Shown here in pieces: positions 25,281-42,126 of a stretch of DNA of 64,000 nucleotides (within the stretch, counting starts at the first letter, position 1; each line of letters opens with the position of its first letter). The translations under genes and the position numbers were made by a program. The stretch is from Tubulanus polymorphus (lineage: Eukaryota > Animalia > Nemertea): assembly GCF_964204645.1 (NCBI RefSeq), contig NC_134026.1:3309950-3373949 (forward strand), in the 5' to 3' direction. The notes beneath the pieces were generated by a model. It did not search any database, was not told the DNA's origin, and was given only the letters and a program-made list of their open reading frames with translations.

Positions 25281-26102
25281 ATGACTGGGCAAGATTTGTT
25301 GGGCAAAGAATTGCACAATGCAAGACTGCGTCTGTTGAGCCCTATAACAGAAGAGGGTTCACTTTTCGGATCTCCAACTCCACGAGGAAGAAGTATGATC
25401 CTTCTGACCAGTCAAGTTCCTGGTACGCCTTATTCTTTACCGAGTTCAGCTAGGATGCCTCCAATATCTCCGAATAACCATCAACCACAACAGGGTCGTA
25501 TATTACCAGCCGTACCAGTAATGTACACATCTCCTGAACTACAATCGTTGGTTTCACAATATCTCGGTCAAAATACATACGGCCACTACAACCTGACGCA
25601 AACACAACACGGGTCTCGAATGTACTGTCAATGCTGTGAACCGATGAACAAAATAAACCGTTCGAAAAAACGAAAATTACGAGGCGAACAAGAAGAACCA
25701 TTAGTCGAAGAGATTCCGTCTGGTTCTAGGGAACTTGTCCCTCTTGGACAATATTCTAGGACTAATACGGAGTTGATAAACGCGGCGCGACCGGGTGAAT
25801 TCCCGAATTACTGGACGGAAGGTTATTTCCCGGCGTCGATACGGCGTTACGACGGCTGGGATGAAAGAACCGCCCCGGGAAGTGCTTCACTGACATTCGG
25901 TTACAGTCCGCGTAGATTCGATCATCGCTACAGCAGTGACGATTATGATATGTCTCTGGGGGGAGAAAGTGAAGTGGATCGCCACATTAAAGAAGATCTC
26001 ATTCAAGCTGCCTCAAAGTATGACTCCTCAATGGCCAAACTTCAAGACACGGTGGATAGCTTCAAGGGCTATCGCAAAACCAACAGAGTTTCATTTGAGT
26101 AA
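25281..26102 (+). CDS. Uncharacterised 273-aa single-coding-exon protein
   Basis: 822-nt ORF starting AAAATG in AT-rich DNA, with higher GC than its flanks, a TTTCAG acceptor at ~25227 upstream and AATAAA signals downstream (~26151, ~26234). No family recognised. Confidence 0.65.
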   Translation: MTGQDLLGKELHNARLRLLSPITEEGSLFGSPTPRGRSMILLTSQVPGTPYSLPSSARMPPISPNNHQPQQGRILPAVPVMYTSPELQSLVSQYLGQNTYGHYNLTQTQHGSRMYCQCCEPMNKINRSKKRKLRGEQEEPLVEEIPSGSRELVPLGQYSRTNTELINAARPGEFPNYWTEGYFPASIRRYDGWDERTAPGSASLTFGYSPRRFDHRYSSDDYDMSLGGESEVDRHIKEDLIQAASKYDSSMAKLQDTVDSFKGYRKTNRVSFE

Positions 26103-26854
26103 ATAATTTGAGACATCTATAAAATAGCATTCGTATTAACATAAAATATAAAATAACACAAACTATTTATGTATAGACACACTAAGTATAAAATATATTA
26201 TTCTATCAAACGGCATTATTGTATTTTTGTTACAATAAAAAAAAATAAACATCATTATGCAGTCTGAAAGTCTCAATGGTTTCTGAAATGTCACACAAAC
26301 ACGGCATACGGGAATGGCTTTGAGAGGAATGCCAGATTGCTGTTGGGATATGAATACATTTCTGGTTTAATGGTCAGAATATTATTCTAACATGATATGC
26401 CATCAAGTACAGCACATGAATAAATGTCATGGAAAAATGAATACTTGTAATACGTATGTGAAATATTCAGAACATCTACATAAAGAATGGGTTTCGATCC
26501 CAAACTTTGTAGCAACATACTAAATCATTGGAATCGAATACCAGTAATAAGCTGGTCTGTCTCGTAGCGGTAGTAAAGATATATGAAAATATATAAAGAT
26601 ATAATACGATATAGCAAATATCTATCATCGATCACAGTTTTTACGATGAAAAATCTTACAAAAACTCCTCTTAAAAAATTTCTTTAACAAGCTTAAAATA
26701 CAACAATGATACAAAGCTCTACTGACACTTTCATTTATCAAAAAATGTAAATTTTGTTTCGATATTTTTAAGCATTGAATTGCACACATTTACATTGCGT
26801 AAATAATATCTTCAGATCTGATATCTTACGAGTCCTATTGGGGACTTATGTAAC

Positions 26855-28243
26855 TTACTCCTCTTTGGAACCGTGTTTAATGGTTCTGGTGAACTCGATG
26901 TAGTTGAATTTTCCATTTTGGATCGGAGCACCATCAAATATATCATCAACCTAAATGCATAGAAGTGAATGCGTACAGTTTTGGGTAATGGATAACCAGT
27001 ACACTAGGGGTTTCGGATTAGACATTTCATGGCTAAGATAGGCTGGATATCAGACCTATTTCAATAGACGATATGCCACTGGTATATGTGATGCAACAAG
27101 TGATTTAATGTTTTCTAAAACTGCATTAATTTATTCCAACGTCCATCCTCCCTCGCCAGGGATTCAAACCTAATGGCATTCCAAGATTCTTCCATGGTAC
27201 TAAACCTTCGTTCGAATGCCGGCAGAAGGAGGATGTCAATAACCCGAAGTATAATCACATCGAGTTGGATGAAACCATCAGTTTCGATTTTCATAAGTGG
27301 AACTTTAGTTTACCAGGGCTATCAAACTTTCAATAAGAGGTGATAATCAAAGCACTCCTCTACAATAACTCCCCTCTACCAAACAACCAATTTAAAAAAA
27401 TAATTTTTCTTACTTGTATCTTTTTCAAGTACTATAGATTACTTTTTTGTGTTACAATATGAAAATATTTCTTACCACTGCGTCAGTCAAGCGGTCGCCC
27501 ATTGAAGTGAGTAATTCACGAAGGTACTCTTCATCAACAAATCCTGCAGTAATGAATGAAAGATGATGTTATCATTCGGGAAATAAAATAACGATATCAG
27601 GAATTTTCATGGTGTTTTAAAAGAGAAAATTTCAAGGAATTGTCTGCATCACTTTCGTAGGGACCCTGTAAATTTTTTACAATGACATACCAGTTCCATT
27701 CGGATCAAAACAACCGAATGCATTCTTAATAACATCTTCAGGATCCGTTCCATTGAGTTTCTCTCCGAACAAAGTCACAAACATAGTGAAATTGATCGGG
27801 CCAGGAGCTTCCTTTATCATTTCATCCAAATATGAATCTGTAGGATCTTTTCCTGAAAATACGATGAAAAAATTTCTAATAAAAACATAGACTTTAGGGT
27901 GGTTTTAGGCATAACAACTAATCTGAACCCTTATAAATATTCTATGAAACTACCCTTGAAGTAACAGCTCTAAGCAGATACTAGTTTCTAAGTATCTATC
28001 TGTTGATCCTGAAGGGCACCGTGACAACATCTGGAATTCAGACTAAAGCAGATACTCACCTAGGGAACCCAACATATCATGTAAATCCTCTTTGTCTATA
28101 AATCCATCCCTATTTTGATCGATCATGTTGAAAGCCTCTTTGAATTCTTGAATTTGCGACTTGTCAAACATCGCGAACACGTTGGAATTTGTATGCTGAG
28201 CGCGTTTCTTTGTCGTGGACTTTCTAGTTTTACGGCTAGACAT
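26855..28243 (-). CDS. Myosin regulatory light chain (non-muscle/smooth type, sqh/MYL9/MYL12-like); exons 28243-28060, 27852-27691, 27543-27476, 26950-26855; 169 aa
   Basis: [39 protein letters not shown] (EF-hand), [45 protein letters not shown]. Exon phases are consistent. Confidence 0.95.
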
Positions 28244-28889
28244 TTTGCTTTCTTTACTCTCAGTATAGAAATATAAATGTTACCTGGAAGAAAAATAAGA
28301 GGCACATATCAAATAAGTAGATTTTTAGCTGTGCTGCAAACTTAATTTTTCAGCTGATGACCAAAAACGGAAAGTAAACAAAACTACCCAGAAGTTCTTC
28401 GAAATGAAACCGAAATAATATATGAGGCCGGCTAGTATTTTCAGCTCCAATCGAACTCACTTGTCACTTAGTATAAATTGTATGCAACGCAACGAGCTGC
28501 CCTTCTGTCACTTCCCTTTCTGTGCGACTTCTACCACGGTTCACTGAACAGCTGACGGGTGGCTCCATCTGTGTGTTCTAATTCAAAACGGATTCAGGAC
28601 GCATTAAAGTTTGGATTATATGTTTACATTGAATCCCTGGTATATCTATTTTTATTATTTCTATGTAGCAGTATTCATTTTCAACTTGACAGTATTTTTA
28701 TGACATAAATGTTACTTTTCTGTTGAAATAAAACAAATTTAAATTGGATATGAACTGAAGAATGTTCACTGAATATTGACAATCAAAAGTGTAGGATGTT
28801 CACAGAAAAATGTGGAGCGGTCGAATCAAAATCAAATCAAAGCATAAAGCATTTTTGGGTAATTCTATCTTCAAACAAACGACAAAATA

Positions 28890-30122
28890 ATGAATGGGTC
28901 GTCAATGTCGACTCCGTCTGGGCAAAAGCCGAAAACACCAAAAAAACCTGGCTCGAATATTCCAAATGGACACTTGATTTTACACCCGAAGTGGAAAGGT
29001 TCGAAACTTCAACAAGTTCTGCAAAGTAAGACCAAGAGCTCTATTTGCCATTAATTCTTCATGGCCTCTTCTAAATCTAGACTCACAGAGGTATGCCGGT
29101 GATAATTATTCTTTTTTTTAGATTCTGTGAATGTACTTTTTCAAGATCACCAAACGATTGTCGATATTTTTCCGACCAGTAACATCGGTGTAATATATCT
29201 AACGGAAAGTGATCTTGCGACGGGAACTATGTATAAACAGAAATTATGGAAACTAAGAAAAGTGAGAATGTGTTATCAGTTGCCTGTTGTACAACATTGA
29301 ATTTGTTGGCAATTTTTTAGATTATTTTTCTGTCATGATAAATTATTGAAACTTACAGAGTGATACAATGAGGGGTATTGTAATCGCAGAGAAAACCACA
29401 TTTTCATCGCAGTATTACCAGCCATTACAAAAACTGGTGGTATTCGAACTCGGGCTTACCCTTCTTCCTGTTACATGTCAATCAGAGGCCGCTGGATTAC
29501 TTATCAACATGGTAAGAAAACACTTTTCGATAATGTTACGACGGAAATTCCAGGTACCGGTACGATGGATGCTTGTTACGACAGACTCCTGATATACCTA
29601 AGCAGATTTCTCATTCCCTGAAACTAATTGTAAAAAAAGGATCGAAGATGTCTTCATCTACATTAATTTCTTCTTTATGTAGTGTTTATTAGATGGAAAA
29701 TCTAATGGGAATCAATTTCTACAGCGCCGTAAACAACCACCCGTTGATGAAGCATTGTTGAACAGTGTCCTTCTTATTCCTGGTATCGGAGATGTGAAAG
29801 CCAGAATGTTGCTACAAAAATTTCACAGTAAGCCAGGAGAAAATATACATAAAATTTATCCCTGCATTCATTGCTTATCAATTCGGATTGTTCCATTGCA
29901 TAATTGCAATTTTCAGGTTTGAAAGGAATCTGCGATGCCTCAGTTCAAGTACGTATGCTATAGCTGACATCAAGTTGTCTTGCTTGATTTATCATCATAC
30001 TCAGTAGTTCACCATAATTTATCTGATTATTGCAGGATTTATCTGCTATACTCGGTAACGCTCCAGCCCAAAATATCAAGTCTTTCTTCACAAAACCGAC
30101 TCCAGTCAGTAGGCCGACTTGA
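28890..30122 (+). CDS. FAAP24: Fanconi anemia core complex-associated protein 24, six exons
   Basis: IPNGHLILHPKWKGSKL, GVIYLTESDL, GIVIAEKTTFSSQYYQPLQKLVVFELGLTLLPVTCQSEAAGLL, and the HhH motif LIPGIGDVKARMLLQKF. TGA ends at 30122. Confidence 0.9.
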
Positions 30123-30711
30123 AAAGTTTGAAGCGAGGTTCAGTTTTGGGTAAGAAGAATTACGGTATTTTTTGCCTAACAAATTAATTATCATTGATTA
30201 TGTAGATTTAACAATTTGTTCCGATACATTTAATGACAATGGAGCTTTTCATGTTTTATTGTTTATAGAAAGACGAACGTTGAGCTGTCCTCTTAACCTC
30301 TAAGAAGATCCTATGAAGATCCAGCTCCGAACATGAAACTGATTGGTCAATATAAGGAAAGACCTCCCATAAATGTAAAACACCTCCTAAAGCGCATAAA
30401 TATCTTTATTGTTATGTTTTATTAAGGAATTACAGTGTATAATTATAGTGTGTATTATAAAATAATTATAAGATATCAATAAAATCTACGAAAGTACAAG
30501 CATTTATTAATGTAAAATATAATCACAGTCGAATTTGCTCTATATAAACTAAGTTATGTAACATTTTGTTCTCAATATATTTAAAATATTGCATCGAAAA
30601 CTTGATTTGGTTTTTAAACGAAGTAACATTTCTTCAGACGAAGCATCGTAAACATAATCGAACATACATGTATTATCAAAAATACTGTATTTTTTGGTAC
30701 TATCTATCAAT

Positions 30712-32585
30712 CTAATCCCGTTTCTTATCTACGCGCCCATAGTATATAATAGCTATTGCATTGGTTAGATTCAGCAGGAAACCAACAACAAAGTTTGACA
30801 TCAGGACAACATCCCCGGTCAACAGGAGCGTGGTCACTATACGAGCTGAAAAATTACATCAAAACATATTAATGATAATAATAATAATAATAATTTATTG
30901 AGCCTAAAGCCCATACAAAATATGCTCATTGGCTTTACAATATAAAGACACAATTTAAACATAAAGATAGAAAAAAAAACAATTTATATCATTAGTTAAA
31001 AGCTTTAGTGAACAAATGGGTTTTAAGTTGCGATTTAAAAACATCAGTAGAAGGACTAGATTTAATTGCATCTGGTAAGGAGTTCCAAAGTAGTGGGGCG
31101 GAGTAAGAAAAGGCCCTGTGACCCGCAGAGACTAGATTGACACGAGGGATGACTAGAAGTGATTGACTGTTTGATCTTAACACTCTAGAGGATGCCTTGT
31201 ATTGCACTAATGATTTCAAATATTGTGGGACCTGACCATTCAAGGATTTATAAGTAAGGATCAAGATTTTAAATTGGATGCGGTATTTGATTGGTAGCCA
31301 ATGCAGATCGTGTAGTACTATATTATATATAGTACATGTACTAGCAAAGAACCAGTCCAAGGACGTTTAAAGTACCTATACTGTTTCTTTATCAAACTGC
31401 TAATTGAAAGTAGACGATGAACGCAGTTACTGAGTTACACCTTGGTTACAAACGATATCGCCTAAAAGAACAGCATGCGTAGTGGCGTCTAAAATGGTCC
31501 AAAAAATCTATCTAAAGTACGCATTAACACGGCCAGTATCTTTCATTTGGTACCAGAAACATGTTAATGCATTACATGTGACAAAGTTTCACCGTTAGTC
31601 TCTTATAGTGTAGATGACAACGTCGAACCGAGTCCTCTTGTGTCATGATGTACTACTTATAGAATATAAAGAAAAAGGTTATCTACTTACTACCACTAGT
31701 ACATGATGCTATACTCCATGATACTAGACTCACTTGACCAGCTTTCTTCGACGAATAGATTTTATAAAACTGCGTTAGTTTACTACCACAAATCATTGGC
31801 ATATTCATGCTCTGAAACAGTGTTGGAAAAAAAATCAAAGATTTAATTTTGATTTAGATTTCATTCATAATTCTCTGATAAGAATAACAATTTTAATCAG
31901 TTTCAGATACAAATGTTAGATCTTCTTAAAAGCAAACTCCCTTTTACTTACGATTATTAATCCCATGATGACTTTTGGCCAAAATCCCAAGGCTATTGAG
32001 ATAGATAGTGCTAGGTATCTTAATAATTTATTAAGAATAAAAACAGTTTATAGAGGTTGTTGAGTGGCACAAATAAAATTGACCATTTTGAAACTTCGAC
32101 TTCAATGTAAAGGATACACTACAGCTCCGAACAACATGAAAGGTTGAAACATTTTTCGATAATGTACAATAAGAATTAACACTATAACGTCTAGAAATAA
32201 AAAGTTAAGTTAGACACAAAGTTAGCATTAATTTCGATAACTTAGGTTATCTATGATTTTCAAACAAATTGTACCTTGTAAAACTAGAAGTGTATATTCA
32301 AAATATGTGCTTAAAGGGTATGAGTTTGCCAAACCATAAGTTAGATTTACTGTATAGCTGAAAAATAAGGTATCAACTTAGGTCTCAATCGATAGCAACT
32401 TTGAATAGAAAAAAAATACTCTCTAATTCCTAAACTCACCACCAAAATTCCATCATGACGCTAGGGAGACTAAGCCCTTTGCTGCTGCCCGATTTCAGAA
32501 TGTTGTAAATCTGAGGAACTTTCAGAAAAAGGCACGCTATCACAACTGCCGCTCCGAGCATATCGCACACAGCCTTTGTGTCCAT
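30712..32585 (-). CDS. SLC66A3: PQ-loop protein SLC66A3/PQLC3; exons 32585-32440, 32357-32275, 32190-32118, 32018-31952, 31811-31691, 30845-30712; 207 aa
   Basis: Not in the ORF track; assembled manually with consistent phases. LKVPQIYNILKSGSSKGLSLPSVMMEF, YPLSTYFEYTLLVLQDVI, second loop GSKLTQFYKIYSSKKAGQVSLVSWS, TRIVTTLLLTGD. Confidence 0.85.
30870..31320 (-). mobile_element. 5'-truncated non-LTR retrotransposon (L2/CR1 group) 3' end with (TTA)n tail
   Basis: LHWLPIKYRIQFKIL..PQYL..LRS..RAFSYSAPLLWNSLP..FKSQLKTHLF is the typical L2-type ORF2 C-terminus. It is followed by a short 3' UTR, AATAAA and TTA repeats. Confidence 0.9.
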
Positions 32586-32675
32586 ATTGTTGTTAGTTGA
32601 TCAGTCGTTTTCTTCAAACTTAAAAAGACCAATATTCAGGAGGGTGAATAGGATGCAGATTATATTTGGATATAT

Positions 32676-32677
<2 letters not shown>

Positions 32678-32710
<33 letters not shown>

Positions 32711-32760
32711 TAATAATTCATTTTCTTTTATAGCGCATTTCTATAAAATAATCACAGCGA
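32678..32760 (-). repeat. (TAA)n microsatellite, probably the tail of a second LINE/SINE 3' end
   Basis: About 13 TAA units directly adjoining TTTTATAGCGCATTTCTAT, i.e. a LINE-like 3' terminus on the minus strand. Confidence 0.5.
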
Positions 32761-33244
32761 CCAGTGAAAACAGGTCACAGGAAACAAATAAAAAATTGGC
32801 AAAAAATACACATGCAATTCTAATCGTTTCAATGCAAAGTTCTCTCATTTTTCAAAAAATTTTAAACATTTTAATTAAGGATGCTCGCCTGCTTAGGATT
32901 TCTTTTACAAAAGAGAAGTTTGAAGGATCAACAAAAATCGAGTTCAGATCGGTCGACGACCTTGGAAAATAAACATTGTCGCACGTGTCAAGAGGTTTGA
33001 TATCGAAATTCTCAAACATGAAAGGGGTAACTCCGGGAATAGTCTTTTTGCTCAACATACTGACACCGAGCACATCAGAGCACAGTACTTAAAACAAAAC
33101 ATTTGTACCGTGTCAATATACGTAAATAATCGAAATTGAGCGCCTTTTTCTTCCCCAAGGGGTATCAATATAGGAGCAAACCTCGGAGTTATCCGTATTG
33201 TCCAGTACCTGGCAAGCGAGTAATGAACAATCGCCATTTTGACA

Positions 33245-33258
33245 GTTGTTAAGGACGC
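33245..33258 (+). promoter_or_regulatory. Candidate RFX X-box upstream of RSPH10B
   Basis: GTTGTTAAGGACGC resembles the X-box GTTGCYAKGGAMRC, lies 30 nt before the ATG of a motile-cilium gene, and is adjacent to a CGCCATTTT YY1-type motif. Confidence 0.4.
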
Positions 33259-33287
33259 GATCATCGAGACTTTCAAAACTTCAGAAA

Positions 33288-38911
<5,624 letters not shown>

Positions 38912-41900
38912 ACGATCAATCCCCAATTAATAAACCTAGTTTTATAGACGCTATGCTGTGTACTAAACTAACTGAAATGTCTTAATTACTATTTGAATGA
39001 TGATTATGTTTGATGTATTATTTATTTTGTTGCTGCTTTCAGTTAATTCAGTCATTGAATATGAAAGAAGAAACATATATTCACTCATTAAAAATCTTTT
39101 GTTCGGTTACGGGCTGCTTCTATGCGTTGCTCCCTATCAATACATCTATACACCTTGGGATTATTGATCTCAACTAGTATTTGAATGAACTCTCGGTTTC
39201 AATTTAAAACTGTAAAAGCCAAACTCAGTTAATTATCGAATAAAACACTCAAATCCGTGTAAACTGTAGATGAGAAGCCTCACAATAGAATGTTACATTA
39301 TAGAATTTGTTAAACTCTGTTATTTCGTTATTGTCGCTGGTCGGTTATGTTGTATAAATTTTTGCAATGTTTATCTTATCACTACTGTGACTGTACATGT
39401 ATATCAGTGCCCTCGACATTTCCTTCCCGTACATGAATATTTCTAAGGTTTCCAGCGTAATGAATAATCTAGTTAATGTGATCGGGTGAAATGTCACTTG
39501 ATGTCTCATTTGCCTCATACAGAGAGCTATTACATCAGGAATACTATAAAATGAGCCGTTATAAACCTTCGTGTATTACATCTGTTCCATCCTATTCCAT
39601 AAATTACCAAACATTTCTATTTGCATATCAATTACTCTTATCTTCCGATGGTAAAAAATGGTTTCAATTTGTCTATTTTTGGATAAAATATTTCTACTAG
39701 TTGTTATTTTTGTTGTATTTGCCTGTGATAGAAAATATTATCGTGTTGATTCAGGAAGTATGTATTGAACTCTGAAATAATGATTACCATTATGAAACAT
39801 TTTTTGCCTCTGTTATTATTTTGCTTTTTTCACTCATGACATAATGATTTTCCGCTGAGGCCTGGATGCAATGAGTCATTTCACATAACAATGGACCAAC
39901 GTGCAATGTGTATTATAGGACCCAGTCATGCGTGAATTGTTGAGCTTATTAAGGGTATTTTCCTAAATGCGAGGTTCTGATATCACATTTCATGATTCGA
40001 TTTCGATCACATTTCGTTCTTTCACAACTGATCCAGCCTTACGTAACTTAAGAATTCAAGCTCTCATTTTCGGACGCAAATATTCAACGTTACTCTATTC
40101 GGCTATCCCCTATAGTTCAGGATACCGACTTTTAAGGTAGACTAGCTGATTTCTATGAAACGACTAATGTTTTCTATGAAAACTAATAAAATGATTGTCA
40201 ACATCACTTTGTGCTCTAAATATAGATCAATTTCCCAAGATTAATTACGCAAGCTGACAATGGGTTACGGTTGGAATTCTAGAGTGCCCGGCGTGATGCA
40301 CTTCATCGCTGCGCATTAAACCTAGTTCCTCGCCGCCGAAGATACGTTAATAGCTTCGTCAATTAACCGCACAAGTTAATGTCAGTGAAATGAAAATCAT
40401 ATATGACAGCAGAGATTTTATAATCTTAATGAAAACTACCACGCGATTGCTCTAGGGGTTTATTTAATGATTTCGATGGAAGAAGACGAACGCATCAATT
40501 TACAACCAGGGCCCGGCTTCACACTCGAGACAAGCAGGATATGCAGTCTCAACTGGCAGCAGTCCTAGAGCTCAATCACGTCGTTGTTGTGGGAGAGCAT
40601 TAATGTCGATCATGTGAACTGTTTTCGGGATCATGATTATGAAAATAGCTATACTATAAAACATTGAATCGACAGCGCGAATTGAAAATTGCAGAACTTG
40701 GCTGTTTTAAACGTGAGAAACGACAAATGTTTACAATTGACATCAGATGCGAAAATAGTATACTGAAACATCCACCGCATTGGCAACAACGCGCATCATC
40801 ATCGATAGATCCCGCGTCGCCAAATCATTATTGTTTATAAATATTTCAATTCAATATTTCCCACGATATAATGAACTCAAAATTTCCATGAAAACTAATC
40901 TAAATTAAACACGATTGGGCAAAACTTGTGGATATATATAGCCATACCTGTAAAATATGGCATTGTATCTCGGTATAATCATTTGCCCCGATAAAAATCG
41001 TAATTGAATTTGCATTTGGGCTTAGTTGATAATTATGACGTAGTAATTACGAATACTTGGAAAAATACAATCGACTTTTAAGTGCTAAACGTAAGATCAT
41101 GTGTCTATATATGATCACATTCCATAAGGAAACATTTTGAAATAGTTATAAATAATCAGATTATCCGGAAATTTCACCAACCGAAACGTCATTTCATAAG
41201 GTCCATAATAAGAGGTTATATGTCAAACGGAAAACAATACAAATGAGGACTTATTGGAAACGGAATCCATGTCAGGCTTAACGTGATTTGAGGGTGGTTT
41301 TCTCTATAACTTACATCCATCATAATACATATATAACATTAATCAAGATAACTTGTGCCGTTTATTTGACTCAGAAAATTAATCAACGAATGTATCACCA
41401 TTCGATATTTGTCTCAGTCGTTATTTTGTCATAAATAAGCGGTGTAACATAACACGTATGGACGCTGTATTGTTATACTTGTGGTTATTGTTAAAAACCT
41501 TATTCTTCTAAGAGTATTTGAAACATCAAGCTTGGAATCTTGAAAAAGAAATACTTGGTGAAGTTCGATTAGATCGCACATTTCAGTATAAGTAATTTAT
41601 AGTATACGAATTTTCGTTACACGTGCGAATTCACACACCGCTAAACGACGTCGTTTTCGGAAGTTATGAACGAATTCCATTAGGAGCATCTCATAAATCA
41701 AGTTATCATTACTAAATATATCGCCATTGCTACCTACGATTGACGTTTTATTGGATCGACGCCATCGAGTCGTTATTCAACTCTGATAGAAAGGACCATT
41801 CTGTGGAAAAGATCTAAACGTAATGGGCCGTGGACTTGCAGAAACCTCACCTACAGACAGCTTGAAATATCGATTTTGAATTTGATGGACGAGAAGGAAA

Positions 41901-42126
41901 GATTATATCTCTAATACAGTAACTGCGATTTAGATAACGTTCTCGGTAAAAATAGATTTTTATTTTCAAACTGATTTTGTATCTGAACATAGCAATTGTG
42001 ACCTATCTGCACGTACGTTATATACAAACAACGAAAATAACGAAATGTATGGCTGATATAGGAATAAAGTTTAAAATGAGACTTCGACCAGAAACATAAA
42101 ATATCACAAAACATTGATTAAGTGCA

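Noticed and set aside
32852-33276. ORFs of 73-74 aa between SLC66A3 and RSPH10B
   Set aside because: No recognisable domain; at most a decayed retroelement end or promoter sequence.
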